Shown here: in pieces, positions 29,467 through 38,819 of the stretch
Position numbering within the stretch: position 1 is the stretch's first letter
Layout of the letters: every line of letters begins with the position of its first letter
Position numbers and translations under genes: made by a program
Notes under the pieces: model-generated
Seen by the model: the letters and a program-made list of their open reading frames with translations, nothing else
Told to the model about the DNA's origin: nothing
Databases searched by the model: none
Virus record (IMG/VR): IMGVR_UViG_3300035698_025127
Coordinates: 1-64,000 of that record
Reading direction: 5' to 3' (one strand)
From: a virus
DNA length: 64,000 nucleotides

Positions 29467-31354
29467 AGAAAACGTTGTCGATACAAAAGCAGTAAGTGCT
29501 TTGCTAAGAAACCTTGATGGTGAAATGACTTCTCTACGAAATTATGTAGAGGAAAGTAAGAAATCAGATATGCCTAAAACTGATCCTAATGTGGCGCCTT
29601 CTAATTGGAAACGCAAGAAAAGCGAAGAAGAAGAGGAATTGCGTAGAGACCAAGTAGAGGCAGACAAAGATGAAGCTAAGCGCAAACGTAAGCAAGCTGA
29701 AGAAGACGAAGAAGAGTCAAAACGGAAACGTAAGAAAAGCGAAGAAGTTGAAGACGATGAAGAAAAAGCAAAATTAAAAGCCTGCGCTGATGAATTGGAA
29801 AATGATGCTAAGCGCAAAACTGCCGCAGCTGATGATCTTGAAGAATCAGCAAAACGCAAAGAAAACGAAATTGAAAAAGACGAAATTGCTGACGAAGCTG
29901 GCAAAATGCGTCAAGATGCATATGCAGACAAAGATGAAGCCAAACGTAAAATGGACCAAGCCGAAGAAGATGACAAAGAAGCCGAAGCTAAAGAAAAAAT
30001 GGCAGACGAAGAAGACGACGAAGACAAATGTAAGAAAATGAAGGAATCGGCTTCTGTTTTGCGTTCAGATGCTACGCGTAAGCGCATGGCCGCAGTTTCA
30101 TTAGAAGAAGACGCCGATGCTAGAATTGACAGAGCACAAGAGCTTGAAGCTTCCCTGTTTGTTTATGACGGTAATGTACAAAATAATGTCGAAGTTAGTG
30201 ATTCAACAAAAGAGTTTTTAAGCAATGAAGCTATTAAGTATCAGGAATTCTTTGAATCTAGTTCAGTTAAAGTAAATGAACTATATGATGCTTATTATGC
30301 AATTTCTGAAAGCCTAAGCAATGGTGAACCGCTCCGCAAATTTGCCGAAATTCTAAAAGAGTGGGACAATTTTGTTAGCAGTGAAGAAAATGATTATGAT
30401 GCAGGTATTGTAGAGACTAAAAAGTTATTAGGTTCACTTGATAAAGATATTTTAGGTGAAACTTATAATGAGCTGTCCGCATTACTAACTTCACATATCG
30501 AAGAATCTGAAAGTGTTATCGGCTTTTATGACATGGCAAAAGCTCTTCTTGAAGCTAAAGAAAAAGAAGACGACGACGAAGAAGCTAAAAAAGAAATTGA
30601 GCCTAAAGACGATGACGAAGCTGAAGAATCTAAGGCAAAATTAAAAAAAGCCATTGAAATTGTTGATAAAGTAAGCGAACACAATAGAATTCTGCAAAGA
30701 AAACTAGATAATGTAACAGCAAAAACACAAGATACTATTACTACAATTCGCAATAAGTACGAGTCTGTAATTGATTCTCTAAAAACTGATGTTGATGAGT
30801 CAAAAGACCGTGCCGAAAAGAAAATTGTAGCATTTATGGAAAATTATGTTCCTCGTCTAAAAGAAATTTTAAAAGAAGAGGAAGCATTATCTCCAGATTA
30901 TATTGATTCTACCAAGACATTGAACGAAATGCGTAAAATTCTTGGAATTACAGAATCTATTAATGTAACTGTTCAGGGCATAGATGAGTCTCGTGTATAT
31001 GACCTTGAATCAAAGAATTCACTATTAGAGAAGAACTTAGAGGATTTACGGGATCGTCTATCAAGGAAAAGTAGTTTAGTTGAAGCGCACAAGGCGCAAA
31101 ACGAACTTATTAAACGTATTCATGACGATGTTAATTTCGAAGACATTATGAAAAAAGTTTCAGACAAAATTCAAAATGTTTCTCAAATTGACGAAGCTCT
31201 ATCAGATTATCGAAATCAGAGTTTAATGGATGAAGCTGTGGATTCTTCTTTTGTATCACCAGAAGAAGTTATTAAGGAAAATAGTAATGAGGAAACCGTT
31301 GGTATGCCTTGGACTACTAGACTACAAGACCTTGCCGGTATTAATGGCAAATAA
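29459..31354 (+). CDS. Prohead scaffold (gp22-like)
   Basis: Highly charged coiled-coil, ends RLQDLAGI, between protease and capsid. Confidence 0.8.
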   Translation: MTKENVVDTKAVSALLRNLDGEMTSLRNYVEESKKSDMPKTDPNVAPSNWKRKKSEEEEELRRDQVEADKDEAKRKRKQAEEDEEESKRKRKKSEEVEDDEEKAKLKACADELENDAKRKTAAADDLEESAKRKENEIEKDEIADEAGKMRQDAYADKDEAKRKMDQAEEDDKEAEAKEKMADEEDDEDKCKKMKESASVLRSDATRKRMAAVSLEEDADARIDRAQELEASLFVYDGNVQNNVEVSDSTKEFLSNEAIKYQEFFESSSVKVNELYDAYYAISESLSNGEPLRKFAEILKEWDNFVSSEENDYDAGIVETKKLLGSLDKDILGETYNELSALLTSHIEESESVIGFYDMAKALLEAKEKEDDDEEAKKEIEPKDDDEAEESKAKLKKAIEIVDKVSEHNRILQRKLDNVTAKTQDTITTIRNKYESVIDSLKTDVDESKDRAEKKIVAFMENYVPRLKEILKEEEALSPDYIDSTKTLNEMRKILGITESINVTVQGIDESRVYDLESKNSLLEKNLEDLRDRLSRKSSLVEAHKAQNELIKRIHDDVNFEDIMKKVSDKIQNVSQIDEALSDYRNQSLMDEAVDSSFVSPEEVIKENSNEETVGMPWTTRLQDLAGINGK

Positions 31355-31376
31355 TTTTTAGACAAAGGAAACAATT

Positions 31377-33197
31377 ATGTATAATAACAATGAACACGAA
31401 AAGATTGCTCTTAATCTGATTAAAGAATGGGCTCCATTGCTGGAAGGCCTAGAGAGCGAAGAAGAAGTAATCAACATGGCAATCATGTTGGAAAATACTT
31501 ATAACTGGCATGTAAATTCTAGTCCTGATGGACAGATGTTGCAGGAATTTACCGGTTCGAGTACTACAGGCCCTAGTGGTCAGAGCCCTCAAATCGCAAC
31601 CTTCAAGCATTATCTGATGCCACTTATTCGCAGAATGTATCCGGCATTGATTACCCCTACTCTAGTTGGTGTAACTCCAATGACAAGCCCGGCTACTCAG
31701 GTATTCTATCTGAAGTATTTCTACAATGGAATGGTAAATCAGCAAGATCCATGGGGAACTACTCCTGCTGCTAAAGGCCGTACAACTGCAGGTACCGAAT
31801 ATGCCAACTTTATTGGTGATACATGGAATGTTGATCCATATTACTCAATGCAGACAGTATATCGCGAGCCGCTTTCAACTGGCGGTGGAACTATTGGTGC
31901 AGGACTTGACTTTAGTGGTGCCCCTGATACTGGAACTCACGTTGCCGTACAAGCTGCATCTCCAATTTTTGATAGTAGCACAAAGGTTTATCTGATTGCA
32001 ACTGACGCTGCAACTCATGCTGCTTCTACAAAAGTTGCTCTTATCGAAGTTTCGGGTTTTGCTAATGGTACTACAACCGGCACTTTGGCAGTTTCACAAA
32101 TTGCAACCCTAGCAGGTTCGGACGCTTTCGATAATGCCGTAACTGGTGGTATTACTGCTGCAACTGGCACATTCTCCATGACTGTTAGCAATATTGGTAA
32201 TTATGATTTTATTCTGTCAAATACAGAATCACTAAATGTTACCACTCATAACGGCCTAAATACTTTGACATACGACTTCAATATGGAAAATAATCCTCGT
32301 ATGCCTGAAATCTCACTGGAAATCGCCAGCACCACAGTGAACGTGGAAACACGTAAGCTGCGTACTGTATGGTCAATCGAAAGTGCTCAGGATATGCGTG
32401 CGATGCATCATATTGATGCTGAAAAAGAATTGGTTTCACTGCTTTCAAGCGAAATTGCAGCTGAAATTGACCGTGAAACTATTAATAACTTAATCACTAA
32501 TAGCGGTCATCGTCGTAATTACGATTACAATAATCCGTTTATTGTGGGTGGTTTTGCCGTTGGTGGTGGAACTGGCCTGCTTAACTGGAATCAGTCAGCT
32601 TCTCTGCCTGCAGCCGGTGGAAATCCATGGTTCCCGGTTGGTGGTTCTGGTAATCTGCGCGACAGAAATGAAGCTCTTATGTATCAAATTCTTGAAATGT
32701 CTAATGATATTTATCGTCAGACACTTCGTGGCGCAGCTAACTTCATTATCACTTCGCCGGAAATTGCTTCTAAGCTGGAGCAACTGAGTGAATTCGAAGC
32801 AACTCAGAATAGTGTGATGGATTATTCTCTGGGTATCCAGCAAGCTGGTGTTATTCAGGGTAAATATCGCCTTATTAAGGATCCTCTATTCCCGAGTGAT
32901 CTGATTCTGTTAGGTTATAAGGGTGCTAACAATATGGATGCTGGTTACCACTATTGTCCATATGTACCTCTACAGTTAACCCCAACCATGATGGATACTC
33001 GTTCAACAAACGCAGTGAAAGCCATTATGACAAGATATGGTAAATTTATGCCTGAGAATGGTAGTAGATTCTACGGTATCATCAAGGTTAGCAACTTAAC
33101 CGCACAGGGTAGCGCAACACCTTCAGGATTCCCAATTCAGACTAGCACCAGCATTTCTGGTAGTAATCTGATTGACGGCGACTCTGATCTAGTTTAA
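31377..33197 (+). CDS. Major capsid protein (gp23-like)
   Basis: EWAPLLE, LIRRMYP, VGVTPMTSP, TRKLRTVWSIE.AQD, EIAAEIDRE, DAGYHYCPYVPL, IMTRYG. Confidence 0.97.
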   Translation: MYNNNEHEKIALNLIKEWAPLLEGLESEEEVINMAIMLENTYNWHVNSSPDGQMLQEFTGSSTTGPSGQSPQIATFKHYLMPLIRRMYPALITPTLVGVTPMTSPATQVFYLKYFYNGMVNQQDPWGTTPAAKGRTTAGTEYANFIGDTWNVDPYYSMQTVYREPLSTGGGTIGAGLDFSGAPDTGTHVAVQAASPIFDSSTKVYLIATDAATHAASTKVALIEVSGFANGTTTGTLAVSQIATLAGSDAFDNAVTGGITAATGTFSMTVSNIGNYDFILSNTESLNVTTHNGLNTLTYDFNMENNPRMPEISLEIASTTVNVETRKLRTVWSIESAQDMRAMHHIDAEKELVSLLSSEIAAEIDRETINNLITNSGHRRNYDYNNPFIVGGFAVGGGTGLLNWNQSASLPAAGGNPWFPVGGSGNLRDRNEALMYQILEMSNDIYRQTLRGAANFIITSPEIASKLEQLSEFEATQNSVMDYSLGIQQAGVIQGKYRLIKDPLFPSDLILLGYKGANNMDAGYHYCPYVPLQLTPTMMDTRSTNAVKAIMTRYGKFMPENGSRFYGIIKVSNLTAQGSATPSGFPIQTSTSISGSNLIDGDSDLV

Positions 33198-33203
33198 ACC
33201 CTT

Positions 33204-33240
33204 AGTATGGAGGGGAAATCCCCCTCCATACTTTCCTTTT
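33204..33240 (+). terminator. Intrinsic terminator after capsid gene
   Basis: AGTATGGAGGGG-aaatc-CCCCTCCATACT then TTCCTTTT. Confidence 0.85.
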
Positions 33241-33301
33241 AATACTGATAACTTGTGAAATAGTCAAGAGTACACTAAAGAACGATAAAGAAGAGGTTAC
33301 A

Positions 33302-33769
33302 ATGCCAAAATTTTTAAATCCGTATAGAGGACGCGTTGAATTTATTTACAACGACACTCGCATTCGTTTGATGCCTAATCAAATTATGGAGCTTCCGAAA
33401 GCATTAGGTCAAAGTCTGCAATTAAAGCTAGTAGAAGAAGTAATTGTAGAACCCGAAAAGGCGCCTGAATTATCACCAGAAAAGATTGAAAAGATTGATT
33501 CTGAACTTCAAGACATTAAACATAAAATTGATTCTGAAGCTACTATTATTCCGGTATTTGATGCTAAAGAAGAGGATATAGTTAAACATGCAGAAGAAGT
33601 AATTCCTGCAACACCAGAATCAGAAAAACAAATAATTGTCGATGTTGACAAAGACGCAGAAACTTTAAAAGAAGCCTTGAAAGAGGACAAAGAAGATGAA
33701 AAAGAAGAACCAGAACCCGAAAGTAAGCCCAAAAAGCGCGGAAAAAGAAAATCAAGTAAAACAGTCTAA
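33302..33769 (+). CDS. Hypothetical acidic head-associated protein
   Basis: 155 aa, GAGG RBS, Glu/Lys-rich tail. Confidence 0.65.
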   Translation: MPKFLNPYRGRVEFIYNDTRIRLMPNQIMELPKALGQSLQLKLVEEVIVEPEKAPELSPEKIEKIDSELQDIKHKIDSEATIIPVFDAKEEDIVKHAEEVIPATPESEKQIIVDVDKDAETLKEALKEDKEDEKEEPEPESKPKKRGKRKSSKTV

Positions 33770-33879
33770 AACTGTAAATGTTTTAGAAGACAAAACTAGA
33801 ATGTTGTTGACGGATGATTCTTCAGAAGTATTACTTCCGGTAATTTCTGAATAACTTAATAGCATAAAAGGAAAACATT

Positions 33880-34398
33880 ATGCCTTCAGATAAATTTAGA
33901 CCTTATCAATATATGCGTGAACGTAATCTTTTCAGTGAATCTGATAAAGCTAACATGAAGCGCTTCTTGGGTGATATTATTCCAGAAGAAGGTGGAGAAG
34001 GCACACCACAGCCAGCAACGCCCGCACCTGATGGTTCTCCTAAAGAACCTAGCAATCAGCTACCTCAGCCAGAGAAACGCGCTGACGGCGGCTCTGGGAC
34101 TCCACAGCCGGCAACCCCGGTGCCACCTTCAACACCAAGTGATCCGGAACATCAATTACCGCAACCAGAATTGCGTTCGGATGGCGGGCCGGGGACTCCG
34201 CAGCCATCTACTCCTACTGAAGCTGTTGAAATTAATAAAACTCAATATAATAGTTCTAAAGCTAAACTTCTTATTAAAGATATTATTACACAGTCGGTGA
34301 TAACTATAGCTTTAAATGATGTAAATGCTAGAAAAAAGTCTCATGAAAAGCTAGTCGGGTTGACAACGGAATTGAAAAAATACTTAAATATTAAATAA
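33880..34398 (+). CDS. Hypothetical protein with Pro-rich 32-aa tandem repeats
   Basis: AAAGGA RBS; GGxGTPQPxTP units. Confidence 0.65.
   Translation: MPSDKFRPYQYMRERNLFSESDKANMKRFLGDIIPEEGGEGTPQPATPAPDGSPKEPSNQLPQPEKRADGGSGTPQPATPVPPSTPSDPEHQLPQPELRSDGGPGTPQPSTPTEAVEINKTQYNSSKAKLLIKDIITQSVITIALNDVNARKKSHEKLVGLTTELKKYLNIK
33991..34215 (+). repeat. 96-nt (32-aa) tandem repeat, ~2.3 copies
   Basis: GGxGTPQP starts at 33991, 34087, 34183. Confidence 0.85.
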
Positions 34399-34411
34399 AA
34401 AGGAAAAGATT

Positions 34412-34753
34412 ATGTCAGAGCAAAGAAACAAAAATTTCGTATACGAATTCATTAACAAAATGGAAAACAGAACAGGAATTACCGAAGATAATTTCAAAGA
34501 TGCAGACCGTTCCCCTGGCGGTATTTTTGCGAAAATCGGTAGTGAAAAAAATATCGGTAAAAAGTATGAAATGGTAAGTCAGTGGTACATTGGCAATAAG
34601 AATAACAAAGACATTGCCGGTGAAATTATTGACATGTTTAAGGCATTACATTTCGTAAAGATTGCCCTACAAAGACTGAATCTTCTTGGAAGTAAGCACT
34701 TTACCGGTCTTGTTGATGAAGTTATGGTAAAAGCAAAGCAAAAACTTAAATAA
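34412..34753 (+). CDS. Hypothetical protein
   Basis: 113 aa, AAAGGA RBS. Confidence 0.65.
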   Translation: MSEQRNKNFVYEFINKMENRTGITEDNFKDADRSPGGIFAKIGSEKNIGKKYEMVSQWYIGNKNNKDIAGEIIDMFKALHFVKIALQRLNLLGSKHFTGLVDEVMVKAKQKLK

Positions 34754-34754
34754 G

Positions 34755-34837
34755 TATCTGGGTTATAAGAGATTTTACAGTATTTTATAACCCAGATAAT
34801 TTTTAACTGGTGCTCTGGAAAATGTTCCGGCGCACCA
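34755..34837 (+). terminator. Two adjacent hairpins (terminator/processing site)
   Basis: TATCTGGGTTATAAGA...TTTTATAACCCAGATA + T-run; then TGGTGC..TGGAA-aatg-TTCCG..GCACCA. Confidence 0.65.
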
Positions 34838-34857
34838 TTCTATTGTAGGTATTATCT

Positions 34858-35400
34858 ATGAAAAGTATGAAACATACTATCGCTGAATATGCAACAGGGG
34901 CGCTCAACGTATCTCGTTTGGTAAAGAAATTTTATAGACAATGGGAAGATATGCCGAAATATTTCGCAAAAGCGGATTTTGCAAAGTCTTATTCTGGTAA
35001 GGATGGATTAACTCCGTTCTTTGAACCATTAGATACGCTTATAAAGCTAGGCGATGACGTATATGGTAGCTATAATTATTTGCTTCCACAAGAGTTAAGG
35101 ATAAGTCATAGAGCATTAAAACAGGCTATTCAGTCAAAACTTGATAGTGGCAATTTTGAAAAAGAAGAAAATATTAGACATACAAAAGATTTGTTTCGAA
35201 AAACTATTCCGTCCGCTGCCAGACTTGGATTAGCAAAAAAAGCTAGCCAACTAAGTAAAGCTAAGGGTAGTTATACTCGTGAAGATTTTAGTGAATTATT
35301 TGCTAGTTATTATTCCTTTTTGGAACATGTATTACCTAAATTTAAAGGTAAAACTATTACAAATTTTGCCACAGTATCTAGTATTAGTAAGGCAGTATAA
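34858..35400 (+). CDS. Hypothetical protein
   Basis: 180-aa ORF. Confidence 0.6.
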   Translation: MKSMKHTIAEYATGALNVSRLVKKFYRQWEDMPKYFAKADFAKSYSGKDGLTPFFEPLDTLIKLGDDVYGSYNYLLPQELRISHRALKQAIQSKLDSGNFEKEENIRHTKDLFRKTIPSAARLGLAKKASQLSKAKGSYTREDFSELFASYYSFLEHVLPKFKGKTITNFATVSSISKAV

Positions 35401-35532
35401 TGGGAAACAAGAAATTATTTATTCAGTTGAAATAGAGTGCCCCATTGAAAATAATGGAGAGAATTTTAGATAGAGTTGTAGCTCATGTCTTAAAAATTGA
35501 AATGAAGAAAAACTAGTATTAGGAAAATATAA

Positions 35533-36276
35533 ATGCCATTAGTACAACCGGGACTAAATTTAAGAGACAGAATTAAACAACATATAATGTTTGAGTTCGG
35601 ACATGGTGTTGTAACTGTTGAAGTTATAGAACCTTGGGTTGACCAGGCAATTGACGTTGCAATACAAGAATTCTCTCGTTTTTATCCTAATGCGGAAGAA
35701 TGGTCGGTATTTAATGCAGTTGCTGGAGTAAACAAATACAAAGTAGATGATGATTATTTGTATGTTAGGCGCGTTGTATATCAGCCACAACTTAATGTAT
35801 ATGGTTATTACAATATGTTTTCAGCATTCGGCGCTTGGGGACCATGGATGCAATGGTTTAGAAATATGTCATTGACTGACTATACCATTACAGATATGTA
35901 TATTTCTCAGACGCGTAGAACTATGGGACTGCAAGGTACATGGCAGTTCGATCATCCGTACATTTATTTGTACCCTACACCAACAAATGCAGTACCCGTT
36001 TTCGTTAAATATACGAAATTGTTAGATTATGGTAATGATAGTCGCGATATTCGAGAAGAATCTTGGGTTCGTGATTATGCCACGGCTGTAATGAAAATTC
36101 GCTTAGGTCGTGTGCGTAGTAAATATAGTTCGCTGCCAGGACCTCGTGGTGACGTCAGTATGGACGGCGAATCATTAATTTCGGAAGGTCGTGAAGATTT
36201 AGAACGTTTAAGAAATGAAGCGCGACTTGAATATGAAGAACCATTAGGGTTTTTCGTCGATTCTTATTTTGGATAA
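35533..36276 (+). CDS. Neck protein (gp13-like)
   Basis: FGHGVVTVEV; WVRDYATA.MKIRLGRVRSKYSSLPGPRGDVSMDGESL.SEG. Confidence 0.85.
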   Translation: MPLVQPGLNLRDRIKQHIMFEFGHGVVTVEVIEPWVDQAIDVAIQEFSRFYPNAEEWSVFNAVAGVNKYKVDDDYLYVRRVVYQPQLNVYGYYNMFSAFGAWGPWMQWFRNMSLTDYTITDMYISQTRRTMGLQGTWQFDHPYIYLYPTPTNAVPVFVKYTKLLDYGNDSRDIREESWVRDYATAVMKIRLGRVRSKYSSLPGPRGDVSMDGESLISEGREDLERLRNEARLEYEEPLGFFVDSYFG

Positions 36277-36293
36277 AAGAAAGAGAAAATAAA

Positions 36294-36590
36294 ATGGCAA
36301 AAGCAGGACTTTTTAAATCAGACACTGAAACACAATTTATGCGTACTTTGGCCGGTTCCGGCGATGGTGCAAAAGGTGTTGTACGAGAAGAATTAGCACG
36401 CATTAAAAATGGCGAAACCACAAATGAAATAAGTGCAAAATTTCAATATGACCCAAGTTATAATGAGGGCATACGCATTACAAAAGATGTTTTAATGCAA
36501 AGTATTATGGAAGTAATGGTTGGCATTCCTGATGGAGAAGCTCAAAAGCTGACTTCGCTTTTATATGACAGGCTGGAGAAAAAAGGTTAA
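36294..36590 (+). CDS. Hypothetical protein
   Basis: 98-aa ORF. Confidence 0.6.
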   Translation: MAKAGLFKSDTETQFMRTLAGSGDGAKGVVREELARIKNGETTNEISAKFQYDPSYNEGIRITKDVLMQSIMEVMVGIPDGEAQKLTSLLYDRLEKKG

Positions 36591-36602
36591 GGCTAAATAA
36601 CA

Positions 36603-37004
36603 ATGGCTAAAACATATATTAAAATAGAAAATACATCAACTAGTGGTACTTATAAAACGACTTTGATACATGACTATAGTGATTGGGAGCATTCTGAAAT
36701 GCTCAGAAAAACTGGCTATATTGAAGTTGAAATTGGTGGTACCTTTACTGTTGCTGTACCTGTATATGGTAGTGTTACTTTGACGTTAGCTAGTAATGAA
36801 ATAAAGTTTCCGGACTCGTTTCCGCAAACCTTTCTATCTAGTGTGGAAGACGCCGGGGGTGACTATGAATTGGCTGCAGCAAAAGCTGACGCATGGCGTA
36901 TCCACACTTTGGAAGAATTGACAACAGCTATACAAACACGTTGGACAGCCACCAAAGATATAGACTTTGAATCAGAATCTACAAGTGAAATTATAAGTAC
37001 ATAG
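36603..37004 (+). CDS. Hypothetical protein
   Basis: 133-aa ORF followed by terminator. Confidence 0.6.
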   Translation: MAKTYIKIENTSTSGTYKTTLIHDYSDWEHSEMLRKTGYIEVEIGGTFTVAVPVYGSVTLTLASNEIKFPDSFPQTFLSSVEDAGGDYELAAAKADAWRIHTLEELTTAIQTRWTATKDIDFESESTSEIIST

Positions 37005-37040
37005 CATAATATGCTCACATGATAGATAATATTAGCTTGC

Positions 37041-37068
37041 AAAGCCTGCCTTTATGGTGGGTTTTTTT
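37041..37068 (+). terminator. Intrinsic terminator
   Basis: AAAGCCTGCC-tttat-GGTGGGTTTT then T-run. Confidence 0.75.
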
Positions 37069-37075
37069 GTTTATC

Positions 37076-37084
37076 CGAAGATAA
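37076..37084 (+). promoter_or_regulatory. Candidate late-promoter motif CGAAGATAA
   Basis: Immediately after terminator, before GAGGTG RBS of neck gene. Confidence 0.55.
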
Positions 37085-37100
37085 TACATAGAGGTGAATA

Positions 37101-37838
37101 ATGGTAAAACAACCGCCGATATTTTATACTAATAAATTTCCGGAAGACGATAAGAAAAAAAGGCCATATAATACTGATGGTAATTTCCTAAATAATACCA
37201 TAGATTATTATCAGCCACCGTTTCTTAACGAGATGTCCGGTAATTCTCCTGATGGTACACTTTCTTTGTATAATCCCGATGGGGAAGACCGAAAGTTATT
37301 TGATACAGTAGACCAGGAAGTTATTTTTATTACAAGTGACCCTTTATGGTGGTCTAAATTGGATAGAGACAGAACAGAAACGGATATAATAACCGGTGAA
37401 GCGCCGGTAAGATATTATTCAAAACCTGTAGAGTTTAAGGGCAGTTATGAAGACGCAATAGGTGACATTAACTTGTCAGCGTTCGGCTTAGATCAGATAG
37501 CAAGTATTACTATATACTGTAATTATAATTGGGTACTAAGAAAATTTGATGACGCTCCAAAAACAGGAGATTTAATCTTCCTCCATGATGGACGTATTAT
37601 GGAAATTATGGCGTCTTATGTAAATGATCCCCAAAAGGGTAGACCGCAACACTGGGTATTGGAAACGCAAACTGCACAAACGGATAATTATATTATTGAA
37701 ACCGAAAATGGCGAGATGAATTTAAGTTATTCGCAATTAAAGGACAATACTCCGGACGGGTTTACAGAATATGAAGAATTAGATAGCGAACTTAGTGATT
37801 TAACAGAAGATGACAATTATGAATCAAGGTGGAACTAA
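37101..37838 (+). CDS. Neck/head-closure protein (gp14-like)
   Basis: E.I.I...GE...Y...LSAFGLD...PKTGDLIF pattern and synteny. Confidence 0.7.
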   Translation: MVKQPPIFYTNKFPEDDKKKRPYNTDGNFLNNTIDYYQPPFLNEMSGNSPDGTLSLYNPDGEDRKLFDTVDQEVIFITSDPLWWSKLDRDRTETDIITGEAPVRYYSKPVEFKGSYEDAIGDINLSAFGLDQIASITIYCNYNWVLRKFDDAPKTGDLIFLHDGRIMEIMASYVNDPQKGRPQHWVLETQTAQTDNYIIETENGEMNLSYSQLKDNTPDGFTEYEELDSELSDLTEDDNYESRWN

Positions 37839-38161
37839 TGAAATTAGATGCAATTTTGACTGAGGCTGGGTATTATGTCCCTACTTTGACACAAACCGAT
37901 TTTATGAATATGTGGAAAACACTAAAAGAAAGTAGCGAAATACACCAATATCTTGCAGAATGCGGAGCGGGTATTGCTATTAACATATATTTTAAGGAGA
38001 ATAATGTAAATGTCAAAGTGTTTGGACGAAATGGAAGTATTAAAGGTGCTGACGTGTTTGGTAGATGGGATGAAACAAAGAAATTTGACGTTTCGACTTT
38101 GCCTTCATTAATATGGACATGGATTGATAGAACAACAAAAAAATATTACAATAAGTATTAA
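37838..38161 (+). CDS. Hypothetical protein
   Basis: TAATG-coupled start MKLDAILTEA. Confidence 0.6.
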   Translation: MKLDAILTEAGYYVPTLTQTDFMNMWKTLKESSEIHQYLAECGAGIAINIYFKENNVNVKVFGRNGSIKGADVFGRWDETKKFDVSTLPSLIWTWIDRTTKKYYNKY

Positions 38162-38162
38162 A

Positions 38163-38576
38163 ATGAATATTGAATGTATATCTGAAATACTTACAGTGGG
38201 CGGACTTAGAAGGAATACACCTATTTCGACTAGAAATGCTGCTGATGGCGTTTCTACACACTTTATGGGTGAACGGGCAGGAAAAGACCCGAACGGCGCT
38301 TATAGGCAGTTTTCCTTTGACGTAAAGGGCAAGTATAAGCCTAAAGTAAGGGTATATACTGACAAAGCGGTAAATTCGCGCTCTGGTGCGTGGGTAACTT
38401 GTAACTGTAATGATTTTAAGTATCGCTGGGAAGTAGTTTTGGCTGACCGCGGATCTTCCAAGCTAAAAAGTGCTGATGATGTACAGCCTGAAATTAGAAA
38501 CCCTCAAAAAAAAGCTGGTGTATGTAAGCATATTTATGCAGCATTAGTATATTTAAGAGACGAACATGGAATATAG
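38163..38576 (+). CDS. SWIM zinc-finger protein
   Basis: VTCNCNDF...GVCKHI (CxC...CxH). Confidence 0.75.
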   Translation: MNIECISEILTVGGLRRNTPISTRNAADGVSTHFMGERAGKDPNGAYRQFSFDVKGKYKPKVRVYTDKAVNSRSGAWVTCNCNDFKYRWEVVLADRGSSKLKSADDVQPEIRNPQKKAGVCKHIYAALVYLRDEHGI

Positions 38577-38811
38577 CGACGAAATTGATGAGTTATTAGA
38601 CGATTTATTAGAGGATTTGGCGGAGCGTTTGACTGTTAATTCTGGTTATAAATTTATTGTGGACGAAGATAAAGACATGGTAAAACCTTTAGAGGCAACT
38701 GAATTTAAAGCGCGATTATTAGAATTAGGATCAACAACGATTCCATCTGAGCATAGTCCATTTTTCAAAAATACTATTGCTGAATGGAAAAAAGCAAATA
38801 AGATTAAATAG
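38566..38811 (+). CDS. Hypothetical protein
   Basis: 81-aa ORF. Confidence 0.55.
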   Translation: MEYSDEIDELLDDLLEDLAERLTVNSGYKFIVDEDKDMVKPLEATEFKARLLELGSTTIPSEHSPFFKNTIAEWKKANKIK

Positions 38812-38819
38812 AGGCAATA

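Noticed and set aside
29600-30030. Repeated ADKDEAKRK / KRKKSEE units
   Set aside because: Low-complexity charged repeats expected in a scaffold protein; not a separate element
35400-35517. Short frames after 34858..35400 with an in-frame TAG (possible readthrough)
   Set aside because: Too short, no homology support; TAG serves as a normal stop elsewhere (4175, 24774, 37004)
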